Source: Candidatus Omnitrophica bacterium 4484_171 (GTDB lineage Bacteria; Omnitrophota; Gorgyraeia; Duberdicusellales; 4484-171). From it: 32,960 nucleotides of DNA. The notes below the pieces were generated by a model, which was not told where the DNA came from, made no database searches, and was given only the letters and a program-made list of their open reading frames with translations. Every line of letters starts with the position of its first letter. Positions within the stretch are counted from its first letter, which is position 1. Position numbers and translations under genes: made by a program. Shown here piece by piece: positions 20,484-29,206 of this stretch. The stretch lies in the NCBI GenBank assembly GCA_002049895.1, contig MVCW01000003.1, positions 1 to 32,960 of the forward strand. Reading direction: 5' to 3'.

Positions 20484-23400
20484 GCTTTAGACTCCTTTTC
20501 GGCTTTTAAATCAAGACACAAGCCTTGTAATTCTTTCATTAATACGTTAAACGACTCAGGAACAGAAGGGCTGAATTTCTGTTCACCTCTTACTATCGCT
20601 TCATAAATCCTGGTCCTTCCTTCGACATCGTCACTTTTTACTGTCAATATCTCCTGTAAAGTAAATGCTGCGCCATACGCCTCAAGTGCCCATACTTCCA
20701 TTTCTCCGAAACGCTGTCCTCCAAACTGAGCTTTTCCGCCGAGCGGCTGCTGAGTAATAAGAGAATACGGGCCTATTGCCCGTGCATGAATTTTGTCTTC
20801 AACCATATGAATAAGTTTCATAACGTACATACGGCCTACTGTCGCTTTCTGGCCAAACTGCCTTCCAGTATAACCATCGCGAAGGAAAACCTTTCCGTCA
20901 TCAGGGAGCCCTGCCTCTCTTAAAAGCGCCCTTATATTATCTTCTTTAGCTCCGTCAAAAGCCGGCGTTGCAATCTTTATACCTAATTTATGCGCAGCCC
21001 ATCCTAAGTGTGTCTCAAGAAGCTGCCCGACGTTCATACGTGAAGGAACGCCTAAAGGATTTAAAATAACATCTACGGGTGTGCCGTCGTCAAGATAAGG
21101 CATATCTTCTTCAGGAAGAATTTTACTTATTACACCTTTATTGCCATGCCGCCCGGAAAGTTTATCTCCTGCGGAAATTTTACGTTTCATTGCCACAAAA
21201 ACCACCACCTGTTTCAAAACTCCGGTCGGCAGTTCATCTCCTTTTTTTATCTTGGCTATCTCCAGTTCTCTATCCATCTGTAATTCCTGAAGCCTCTCTT
21301 CATAAATATTCACAATCTCGCGCGCTTCCTCATTATCTTCCACATCTTTAGAGCTGATTCTTGAACTGTCCTTGCCTAAAACTGACGCTAATCTTTTTGC
21401 CTTATCCTCTTTCATTATTTCTATTTCTTCGCGATAATATTCCTCAATTTCCTTAAGACGCCTTAACTCTTCGGTTTTCTCTTTCTTAGACTTTCTGCCT
21501 CGGTCCTTGCGCTGAAATACATCGACATGTATCACTACTCCGTTAACACCGGGAGGTACCCGCAACGACGTATCTTTAACCTCGGCAGCCTTCTCCCCGA
21601 AAATAGCACGCAAGAGCCTTTCCTCAGGAGAAAGTTCTTTTTCTGTCTTTGGTGTTACTCTCCCTACAAGTATATCATCGGGCATTACCTCCGCCCCTAT
21701 GCGTACTATACCGTTTTCATCAAGATTCTTAAGCGTTTCTTCGCTAACATTAGGGATATCGCGCGTTATCTCCTCATTTCCAAGCCTTGTCTCCCGCGAT
21801 TCTATCTCAAATCTTTCTATATGTACTGAAGTAAGAAGATCCTCCTTTACTAAACGCTCATTTATGATTATAGCATCTTCAAAGTTATATCCTCTCCATG
21901 GCAAGAACGCTACCAGAAGATTCTTGCCTAAAGCAAATTCCCCATTCTTAGTGGCAACTCCATCAGCTATAATAGTACCCTTTCTAACGTAATCTCCTTT
22001 CTTGACTAACGGCCTCTGGTTTACGCAAGTATCGGCATTGGAACGCTGGAACTTCTTCAGCTTATAATTTATACGTCCGATTTTCACATGAGAGCTGTCC
22101 ACCTCTGTCACAACGCCTGAATCTTTGGCAATTACTACTGCGCCACTGTCACGCGCAACCTTCTCTTCAAGGCCTGTCGCAACCAATGGTTCTTCGGTAA
22201 AAAGAAGCGGAACTCCCTGACGCTGCATATTAGAACCCATAAGCGCCCTATTGGCATCGTCGTGTTCTAAGAAAGGTATTATAGAGGCTGAGATTGATAC
22301 TATCTGATGAGGGGCAACATCCATATATTCTACTTTCTTAGGGTCTACTTTGGGGAATTTACCTTTGTGCCGGCAATAAATCCACGAATCTTTAATCCTT
22401 CCTTTATCATCGATATTAGGAGTAACCTGTGCAATAATCCTGTTTTCCTCCTCATCGGCAGGCAAATAATCTATTTTATCAAGCACAACTCCCTTCTCGA
22501 CTCTCCTATATGGTGTAATTAGAAAACCAAGAGGATTCACTTTAACATATGTAGTAAGACTCGATAGAAGTCCAATGTTGGGGCCTTCAGGAGTCTCGAT
22601 AGGACAAATCCGGCCGTAATGAGAGGGATGTACATCTCTTACTTCAAAACCGGCGCGTTCACGCGATAATCCGCCGGGGCCCATAGCAGAAAGACGGCGT
22701 TTATGTGTAATTTCCGCCAGGGGATTAGTCTGGTCCATAAATTGGGAAAGAGGGCTGCGCATAAAGAAATCCCGTATTTGGGAAGAAAACGCACGGGAGT
22801 TTATAAGATGCTGTATGGAAAAGTCATTATTAGAGATAAGCGAACATCTCTCTAGGAATGTCCTTTCTACTCTAAGGAGCCCTACCCTTACCTGATGCTG
22901 AAGCAGTTCTCCTATAAGCTTTACGCGGCGGTTGCTCAAGTGGTCAATATCGTCTGTATTTTTCTCTCCCGCTTTTACACTCAAAAGGTTCCTTATCACC
23001 TCTATAACAGTATCTAAGTCCAGAACGCGCTTGTTTAATGAAGTATTGAGCAAAAGTTTTTTGTTTATCATATACCTTCCCACCCGGCCTAAGTCATAAC
23101 GCCTGTTATCGCGAAACATTCTGCGAAAAACTTCCTTGGCTGCTTCCAAAGTAACAGGCTCTGTGGGACGCATCTTCTTGTAGAAATCAAGAAAAGCTTC
23201 TTCCTTATTGGAAGTTGAATCCTTGCGAATTGTGTTTACAATTTCAGGATAAGGTTTTTCAGAAAAACGGCTGTATATATCTTCATTACTGGAAAGCCCG
23301 AACATGCGTAATATTTGAGTAGCAAGAAACGTCTTGCGCCTGTCTACAATGGCACTTATAGTATCGGCTATATCGCACCTAAATTCTAACCAATATCCGC

Positions 23401-23899
23401 GATAGGGAATAATACGCGCATAATAAATTCTCTTGCCGCTGGGGTGTTGTTCTTCCTTGAAGAAAACACCGGGGGAACGCTGCAGTTGGCTTACGATAAC
23501 ACGCTCGTCGCCATTAATTATAAAAGAACCAGTATCTGTAATGAGCGGTATGTCACCAAGATAAATCTCTTGTTCTTTAATAGTCTTGGATAACTCAACT
23601 AACCTTAATCTGACCCTCAAAGATATGGCGTAGGTCTGAGAACGGCGCTTGCATTCTTCTATGCTATATCTTGGCCTGCTTAAATCGTAACTTAAAAATT
23701 CAAGGTTTAACCTGCCATCCGGGCTTACAATAGGAAACATTTCCTTGAATATTTCCTGAAGGCCGACACTTTTTCTTTTTTCAGGCACAACATTCATCTG
23801 AAGAAATTCTTCAAATGAACGGAATTGATGCTCTAAAAGATGCGGCATAGAAGAGGTACTTTTTATCCGGGAAAAAGTTTTTCTCTTAACCCATTTCAT
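20480..23899 (-). CDS. rpoB: RNA polymerase beta subunit
   Basis: [45 protein letters not shown]. Confidence 0.98.
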   Translation of the reverse strand: MKWVKRKTFSRIKSTSSMPHLLEHQFRSFEEFLQMNVVPEKRKSVGLQEIFKEMFPIVSPDGRLNLEFLSYDLSRPRYSIEECKRRSQTYAISLRVRLRLVELSKTIKEQEIYLGDIPLITDTGSFIINGDERVIVSQLQRSPGVFFKEEQHPSGKRIYYARIIPYRGYWLEFRCDIADTISAIVDRRKTFLATQILRMFGLSSNEDIYSRFSEKPYPEIVNTIRKDSTSNKEEAFLDFYKKMRPTEPVTLEAAKEVFRRMFRDNRRYDLGRVGRYMINKKLLLNTSLNKRVLDLDTVIEVIRNLLSVKAGEKNTDDIDHLSNRRVKLIGELLQHQVRVGLLRVERTFLERCSLISNNDFSIQHLINSRAFSSQIRDFFMRSPLSQFMDQTNPLAEITHKRRLSAMGPGGLSRERAGFEVRDVHPSHYGRICPIETPEGPNIGLLSSLTTYVKVNPLGFLITPYRRVEKGVVLDKIDYLPADEEENRIIAQVTPNIDDKGRIKDSWIYCRHKGKFPKVDPKKVEYMDVAPHQIVSISASIIPFLEHDDANRALMGSNMQRQGVPLLFTEEPLVATGLEEKVARDSGAVVIAKDSGVVTEVDSSHVKIGRINYKLKKFQRSNADTCVNQRPLVKKGDYVRKGTIIADGVATKNGEFALGKNLLVAFLPWRGYNFEDAIIINERLVKEDLLTSVHIERFEIESRETRLGNEEITRDIPNVSEETLKNLDENGIVRIGAEVMPDDILVGRVTPKTEKELSPEERLLRAIFGEKAAEVKDTSLRVPPGVNGVVIHVDVFQRKDRGRKSKKEKTEELRRLKEIEEYYREEIEIMKEDKAKRLASVLGKDSSRISSKDVEDNEEAREIVNIYEERLQELQMDRELEIAKIKKGDELPTGVLKQVVVFVAMKRKISAGDKLSGRHGNKGVISKILPEEDMPYLDDGTPVDVILNPLGVPSRMNVGQLLETHLGWAAHKLGIKIATPAFDGAKEDNIRALLREAGLPDDGKVFLRDGYTGRQFGQKATVGRMYVMKLIHMVEDKIHARAIGPYSLITQQPLGGKAQFGGQRFGEMEVWALEAYGAAFTLQEILTVKSDDVEGRTRIYEAIVRGEQKFSPSVPESFNVLMKELQGLCLDLKAEKESKA

Positions 23900-24038
23900 T
23901 TTTTCTCCTTATGATAGGCTTTAAGCTGCGGGTTTCATGCCATAAGCCACATAAATCGTGCAGCATGCGGCTGGCATCCTGCAGCCATTAAACCACTAGT
24001 AATTCGCTAGAGTCTATCTTTATATTACTCTTCTATCT

Positions 24039-24416
24039 CTACTTAAGCTCTACTGTCGCCCCTGCTGTTTCAAGTTTCTTCTTTATTTCTTCAGCAACTT
24101 CCTTAGAAACATTTTCCTTAACCGCTTTGGGAGCAGAATCAACCAAAGCTTTCGCTTCTTTAAGGCCTAATTCAGTGATGGTACGTATCTCTTTTATTAC
24201 CGCTATCTTGTTGCTTCCCGAAGCAGAAAGAATAACGCTAAAAGATGTCTTCTCTTCTTCCTCCTCCTGGGGAGCAGCCCCGCCAGCTACTTGGGCAGCT
24301 ACTACAGGGGCGCTTGCCTTGACACCAAACTTATCTTCGCAAGCCTTTACCAATTCCGAAAGCTCTAATACTGTCATATCCTCAATCATCTTTAATACAT
24401 CATCTACTTTAGCCAT
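24039..24416 (-). CDS. rplL: 50S ribosomal protein L7/L12
   Basis: [11 protein letters not shown], Ala-rich hinge, [19 protein letters not shown]. Confidence 0.97.
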   Translation of the reverse strand: MAKVDDVLKMIEDMTVLELSELVKACEDKFGVKASAPVVAAQVAGGAAPQEEEEEKTSFSVILSASGSNKIAVIKEIRTITELGLKEAKALVDSAPKAVKENVSKEVAEEIKKKLETAGATVELK

Positions 24417-24535
24417 AGCTACCTCCCATCAATCAAGATTTTTAAAATTATCAATGTCTGCCTATGTTAAAACCAGGGCGGACATACAAAGTTAGCATTT
24501 TAAAACGTTAAATGCTCATTTTGCACTGAACATTG

Positions 24536-25093
24536 TTATTTATGGTCATCGACATTATCCTCCGCTATTGACTTCTTATTCTTTATTCCATCGATGAGGT
24601 ATAAAAACTTTACCAATATATTATTCAATGCTGCTACAAAACCTGATAATGGCGATGCTATGCCCATTACTGCCTGGGCAATAAGTATATCTTTTGGCGG
24701 CAGTTTTGATATTTTCTCCAATTCATCAAAACCTAACTGCTTCTCACCCAAAGCTGCTCCTTTTAACATAAACCCTTCGTTTTCTTTTGAAAAATCAAAC
24801 AATATCTTACATATCTTAACAATATTGTCATAATTGACGAACACAATGCCCGTAGAGCCGTCTATAAAGCTATCCATACTATCAACGGAAATACTATCCA
24901 ATGCTCTCTTGATTAATGAATTTCTAGATACAAAGATAGAAGAGCCTTCCTTCTTGAGAATATTGCGTAATATATTGAAATTGAAAGCGGAAACTTTATT
25001 AAAACTTACAAATATTCTCGCCTCAAGTTGAGACCAGCTGCTGGTTATTCTCTCAATAATTTTCTCGCGGTATAATATGCCTATCTTCTTCAT
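24536..25093 (-). CDS. rplJ: 50S ribosomal protein L10 (divergent)
   Basis: Lies between rplA and rplL. VSRNSLIKRAL (variant of KNTL), ISKLPPKD. Confidence 0.88.
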   Translation of the reverse strand: MKKIGILYREKIIERITSSWSQLEARIFVSFNKVSAFNFNILRNILKKEGSSIFVSRNSLIKRALDSISVDSMDSFIDGSTGIVFVNYDNIVKICKILFDFSKENEGFMLKGAALGEKQLGFDELEKISKLPPKDILIAQAVMGIASPLSGFVAALNNILVKFLYLIDGIKNKKSIAEDNVDDHK

Positions 25094-25776
25094 GACAATA
25101 CTTTAATCTTTAAGGACGGACTCATAGTCGTAGATATATAGACGCTCTTTATAAGTTCCCCTTTAAGGCTTTGCGGCTTGGCTGCAATAAGGGCGTCAAG
25201 AAACACTTTTATATTTTCTACAAGATTATCTTTCGGGAACGATATTTTCCCCACCCCTACAGCAAGACAACCAAATTTATCCATACGAAATTCGATCTTG
25301 CCCGCTTTTGTTTCCTTTATTGCGCCAGACAGATCATCAGTTACCGTGCCGGTTTTAGGAGAAGGCATCATACCTCGGGGCCCCAAAATTTTCCCCAGTT
25401 TGCTTACAAAACGCATCATATGAGGAGTAGCTATGCAGGAATCAAATCCCAGCCAATTTTCTTTAGATATTTTATCTATCAGGTCCTGACCGCCGACAAA
25501 ATCAGCGCCAGCGTCTTTTGCAGCTTGCTCCTTTTCTGACTCACAAAATACTAAAACGCGGATATTCCTCCCCGTGCCAAAAGGCAAAACAACAGAACTT
25601 CTTATCATCTGGTCTGATTTCTTGGGATCAGCGCCAAGAGTGCAGCTTATCTCAACAGTCTCGTCAAATTTAACATGCGGCATGTTTTTTAATACATCTA
25701 CGGCCTCATCTATTGAGTATACCTTTTCTTCTTCTACCATAGCCTGCGCTTTTTTATACCGTTTGCTGACTTTCAT
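25090..25776 (-). CDS. rplA: 50S ribosomal protein L1
   Basis: [33 protein letters not shown]. Confidence 0.97.
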   Translation of the reverse strand: MKVSKRYKKAQAMVEEEKVYSIDEAVDVLKNMPHVKFDETVEISCTLGADPKKSDQMIRSSVVLPFGTGRNIRVLVFCESEKEQAAKDAGADFVGGQDLIDKISKENWLGFDSCIATPHMMRFVSKLGKILGPRGMMPSPKTGTVTDDLSGAIKETKAGKIEFRMDKFGCLAVGVGKISFPKDNLVENIKVFLDALIAAKPQSLKGELIKSVYISTTMSPSLKIKVLS

Positions 25777-26210
25777 CTCTTCACCTTTATGCCCATACTC
25801 CTGGCAGTACCCTCAATAATACGTATTGCGCTTTCTAAATTTACAGTATTTAAATCTTCCATCTTCTCTCTGGCAATTTGTGATACCTGCTCTATCGTAA
25901 CCTCACCTATAATCTCTTTGCCTGTCATTCCGGAAGCTTTCGCCAAATTAGCAGCTCTTTTAAGAAGAACAGATGCCGGGGGGCTCTTAATAACGAAATC
26001 AAAGCTCTTGTCTTGATACACATTTATAATTACCGGCAGGATTATCCCTTCTTTATTTTTTGTTGCATCATTAAACGCCTTACAGAACTGCATAATATTT
26101 ACACCATGCTGCCCTAAGGCCGGGCCGACTGGAGGCGCAGGATTAGCACTTCCGGCAGGAATCTGTAACTTAATCAGAGATACCGGTTTTTTCTTTTTTT
26201 TCTTAGCCAT
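25773..26210 (-). CDS. rplK: 50S ribosomal protein L11
   Basis: [33 protein letters not shown]. Confidence 0.97.
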   Translation of the reverse strand: MAKKKKKKPVSLIKLQIPAGSANPAPPVGPALGQHGVNIMQFCKAFNDATKNKEGIILPVIINVYQDKSFDFVIKSPPASVLLKRAANLAKASGMTGKEIIGEVTIEQVSQIAREKMEDLNTVNLESAIRIIEGTARSMGIKVKR

Positions 26211-26227
26211 TACTCACTTCGTTCATC

Positions 26228-26267
26228 ACGCAGATTAGCGCAGAAGAAAAACAGATTAACACAGATA
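26228..26267. repeat. CAGATTARCRCAGA dimer repeat (intact copy)
   Basis: CAGATTAGCGCAGA...CAGATTAACACAGA. 26231-26245 is identical to 28922-28936. Confidence 0.7.
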
Positions 26268-26279
26268 TTGTCTGTATCT

Positions 26280-26807
26280 TCATATTTTTTCTACCTGCCA
26301 TAATTCAAGCTCTACGGGCGTAGTCCTTCCAAATATCGTAACACTTACTTTAAGCTTACCTTTTGGAAGATTAACTTCTTCCACCACTCCATTAAAATTT
26401 ACAAATGGACCCTCTACTACACGTACATTCTCTCCTTTCTCAAAACTTACTTTAGGAGAAGGCCTGGCTTTGGTTTCTTCGGCCCTGGCAAGAATCCTTT
26501 CGACTTCTTCTTCAGAAAGAGGCGTTGGGGTCCTCGCAGGCCCGATAAACGTTGCAATCCCGGGAGTTTTCTTGACAAAAATCCATGTGGCGTCATTCAA
26601 TTCCATATGAACCAATATATATCCCGGGAAAAACTTCCTTTCCAGCATTCTCTTTTTTCCGAGACGCACTTCTGTAATCTGCTCTTTTGGTATTATCACT
26701 TTATCAACAGCTTCCTGCATCCCAAAAGCTTCTACTCTAGCTTCCAAATTGGCTTTGGCTTTTTCTTCAACCCCGCTTAAAGTATGTAATATATACCACT
26801 TTTTCAT
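26280..26807 (-). CDS. nusG: Transcription elongation factor NusG
   Basis: WYILHTLSG, FFPGYILV, KOW GPFVNFNG, IFGRTTPVEL. Confidence 0.97.
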   Translation of the reverse strand: MKKWYILHTLSGVEEKAKANLEARVEAFGMQEAVDKVIIPKEQITEVRLGKKRMLERKFFPGYILVHMELNDATWIFVKKTPGIATFIGPARTPTPLSEEEVERILARAEETKARPSPKVSFEKGENVRVVEGPFVNFNGVVEEVNLPKGKLKVSVTIFGRTTPVELELWQVEKI

Positions 26808-26821
26808 TTGTACTGCAATTT

Positions 26822-27034
26822 TTACCTCAATATAGAACGCATAATTCTAGAAAGGCCAATATCTATTAAGGCTATATAAATGGTTAAAAAAGCAGACCCC
26901 GCCAACACCACTACCGTAGCAACAATAAGCTCTTCTTTCGTAGACCAGCTTACTTTTTTAAGCTCTGCCCGAACTTCTTTAAGAAATTTAACTGTTGAAG
27001 CGGGAAGTCTGATTATATTGCCTATTAGTCCCAT
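26822..27034 (-). CDS. secE: Preprotein translocase subunit SecE
   Basis: FLKEVRAELKKVSW plus one TM helix. Lies between tRNA-Trp and nusG. Confidence 0.93.
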   Translation of the reverse strand: MGLIGNIIRLPASTVKFLKEVRAELKKVSWSTKEELIVATVVVLAGSAFLTIYIALIDIGLSRIMRSILR

Positions 27035-27135
27035 ACTAAAGATACTTCCTGCGCCTTTGAAATAAAGGTTGTTTTAATAACAACATCCAATGCCGCCCTT
27101 ATGAGACAGCGGCTTGCTCCAATTTATCTCTTTTA

Positions 27136-27209
27136 CAGGTGAGGCAGGAGTTGAACCTGCAACCCCCGGTTTTGGAGACCGGTGCTCTAGCCAATTGAGC
27201 TACTCACCT
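27136..27209 (-). tRNA. tRNA-Trp (CCA anticodon); 3' CCA not encoded
   Basis: AGGTGAG/CTCACCT acceptor stem, TAGCTCAATTGG D-arm, CCGGT-CTCCAAA-ACCGG anticodon arm, GGTTCAACTCC T-arm. Confidence 0.96.
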
Positions 27210-27219
27210 AACTCTCCTG

Positions 27220-27372
27220 TTAAGGTTTCGTTTCTTTATGCTGAGAATGTTTTCTGCAAAACCGACAAAATTTAGTTACAACAAATTTACCAGAGTGTTT
27301 ACGTTTATTCTTGGTAATATAATAATTCTTTCTCTTGCAATCGCTACACTGTAATGCAATTAATTCACGCAT
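27220..27372 (-). CDS. rpmG: 50S ribosomal protein L33 (Zn-binding type)
   Basis: Hand translation (absent from ORF track): MRELIALQCSDCKRKNYYITKNKRKHSGKFVVTKFCRFCRKHSQHKETKP*. Confidence 0.96.
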   Translation of the reverse strand: MRELIALQCSDCKRKNYYITKNKRKHSGKFVVTKFCRFCRKHSQHKETKP

Positions 27373-27473
27373 AATAAGTTATAAAACATAGAAAGGATAA
27401 TTCTCTTTGAAAAGACTAAAAAATCCCCTTTCCACTTTTGTGGCTTTTAAAATCTTATTCTTACCCTCTTTTT

Positions 27474-27546
27474 AGCCCACGACCGGAATTGAACCGGTGA
27501 CCACCTCCTTACCAAGGAGGTGCTCTACCGTCTGAGCTACGTGGGC
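27474..27546 (-). tRNA. tRNA-Thr (GGT anticodon); 3' CCA not encoded
   Basis: GCCCACG/CGTGGGC acceptor stem, CCTCC-TTGGTAA-GGAGG anticodon arm, GGTTCAATTCC T-arm. Confidence 0.96.
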
Positions 27547-27558
27547 ACAGGAAAAAAG

Positions 27559-27586
27559 ATATTACTATAAAAATATTTTTTGTCAA
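27559..27586 (-). promoter_or_regulatory. Sigma70-type promoter for tRNA-Thr and the downstream cluster
   Basis: TTGACA (27586-27581), 16-nt spacer, TAATAT (27564-27559), ending 12 nt before the tRNA. Confidence 0.7.
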
Positions 27587-27651
27587 GGAAAAAATGCCCT
27601 TTAACAAAATAAATTCCCTCTTGCAAATCTTATGCTCATTAAAATGAACAG

Positions 27652-27682
27652 TTAACCCAGATAATGCAGTTGGCATTATTTG
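27652..27682. repeat. 31-nt palindromic repeat TTAACCCARATAATGC-N5-GCATTATTTG, copy 1
   Basis: 28/31 identical to 28948-28978. Confidence 0.8.
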
Positions 27683-27773
27683 GACTGAAAGGAAACAATA
27701 TCATCCATTACATGCTGAGAAATAAAATAAAATTATTTATTTAATGCAGTAAATCCTTCCCTGCCAAACTATT

Positions 27774-28373
27774 TTATACGGATAATTCTTTCTTGTTCAA
27801 AAGGTTTTTTATGTTCTTTTTATGCCTTACGATAATAAGAACAAACATTATGAAAGAGGCTATCTTAAAATCATTTGCAAGAAAAAACAACGTCGCGATG
27901 AAAAAGGAAGATGCCGCAACGATAGACGCCAAAGAAACTTTCTTGTATATTAAAAAAACAATAATCCAGGTTGTTATAGCTGCACATACAGGTACAATCA
28001 AAAGAGAATATTTAAAACATAACCCAAAAAGAACGCCGATGCTGACAGCAACACCTTTGCCGCCTTTAAAAAACAAGAAAATGCTCCAGTTATGTCCTGC
28101 TACCGCCGCCAGCGCCATAGCAATGTAAATACGGCTGGGGTAATCAGGATACAAATTGAACACAACAACAATCGGCAGCATGCCTTTTAGAAAATCTAAA
28201 AGAAAAACAATAAAACCCCATTTTTTGCCCACAACACGGGCAACATTTGTAGCACCTATATTCCCTGAGCCAAATTTTCTTATGTCAATACCCTTAACGA
28301 CATGAGCTGTTATGAAGCCGAAAGGAATACTGCCTAAAATATAGCTAATTACCAGAATTAATGTTTGAGGCAT
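27774..28373 (-). CDS. plsY: Glycerol-3-phosphate acyltransferase PlsY
   Basis: SYILGSIPFG, DIRKFGSGNIGATNVAR, GHNWS...FKGGKGVA, RHKKNI. Confidence 0.96.
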   Translation of the reverse strand: MPQTLILVISYILGSIPFGFITAHVVKGIDIRKFGSGNIGATNVARVVGKKWGFIVFLLDFLKGMLPIVVVFNLYPDYPSRIYIAMALAAVAGHNWSIFLFFKGGKGVAVSIGVLFGLCFKYSLLIVPVCAAITTWIIVFLIYKKVSLASIVAASSFFIATLFFLANDFKIASFIMFVLIIVRHKKNIKNLLNKKELSV

Positions 28374-28902
28374 TTATAGACCGAACTCCTCTTTTTATAT
28401 ATCCTACACCGGAAATAATAGTAAACAGTACCGCCACACACCCAATAACATACGAAAAAACAAAACCCGATAAAACACTTATTATTGCCGCCATTTGGAA
28501 AAACGTAGTAAGCTTGCCCCACACAGAAGGCAAAATAACAATTTCTATCTTAAGAAAGTTCAATATAAACACTCCTATAAGAATGATAATGTCTCTGCTA
28601 ACCACTATAAGCACAACCCACCATGGAAGGAGAGGAAATTTCAAGAAATACAAAGAAACAAAAGCGGTTATAAGCAGCATCTTATCAGCTAAAGGGTCAA
28701 TTACCTTGCCTATTTCTGACTTTTCTTTCTTTATTCTCGCGGCTAAACCATCAAAAAAGTCGGTAAGCACAGCGATAATAAATATACCAAGAGCAATATA
28801 CCTTGAATAATCCAGGCCAAAACGTTTATAAACAATAAGAAAAGACACAAAAAACGGTATAAGCAATATTCTTATAATCGAAACTTTATCAGCTAAACTC
28901 AT
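28345..28902 (-). CDS. pgsA: CDP-alcohol phosphatidyltransferase, probably PgsA
   Basis: TDFFDGLAAR...GKVIDPLADK signature, SRD, WGKLTTFFQ. Confidence 0.85.
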   Translation of the reverse strand: MSLADKVSIIRILLIPFFVSFLIVYKRFGLDYSRYIALGIFIIAVLTDFFDGLAARIKKEKSEIGKVIDPLADKMLLITAFVSLYFLKFPLLPWWVVLIVVSRDIIILIGVFILNFLKIEIVILPSVWGKLTTFFQMAAIISVLSGFVFSYVIGCVAVLFTIISGVGYIKRGVRSINASNINSGN

Positions 28903-28921
28903 GACTTTACTCTTTAGAATA

Positions 28922-29140
28922 CAGATTAGCGCAGAAATATATACTGATTAACCCAAATAATGCGGTTAGCATTATTTGCCCGCTTGTGCCCGTAAGGGTA
29001 TAAGGGTAAAAGGCCGGGGTTACCTAGGGGGAAATGCTGTGTACTCTTTAGTACAACCGCTGTTTAATGCAACCGTTTAGGCTGCCGGGCATTATGAGCA
29101 TTTTGCGGTCTCAACAGCATTTTCCCGGTTAACACAGATA
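28922..29140. mobile_element. Composite non-coding insertion (MITE-like) inside a CAGATTA repeat, flanked by TTAAC
   Basis: TTAAC at 28948-28952 and 29129-29133. Removing the insert restores the 26231-26267 sequence. The insert contains three palindromic modules. Confidence 0.55.
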
Positions 29141-29206
29141 ATTAGTACGCATCACGCTATTGCATCTTCACCTCTTTTGTCCCGCATATATCCTAATATC
29201 TATCCG

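Noticed and set aside
23900-24038. Attenuator or terminator between rplL and rpoB
   Set aside because: Only short stems (such as GGCTG/CAGCC) without a U-tract, which is insufficient to call.
27035-27135. Short hairpins between tRNA-Trp and secE
   Set aside because: The 5-6 bp stems are expected by chance or are ordinary tRNA trailer structure.
28953-29128. 6S RNA or SRP RNA
   Set aside because: No SRP helix-8 motif. It is a mosaic of separate repeats rather than a single rod with a central bubble.
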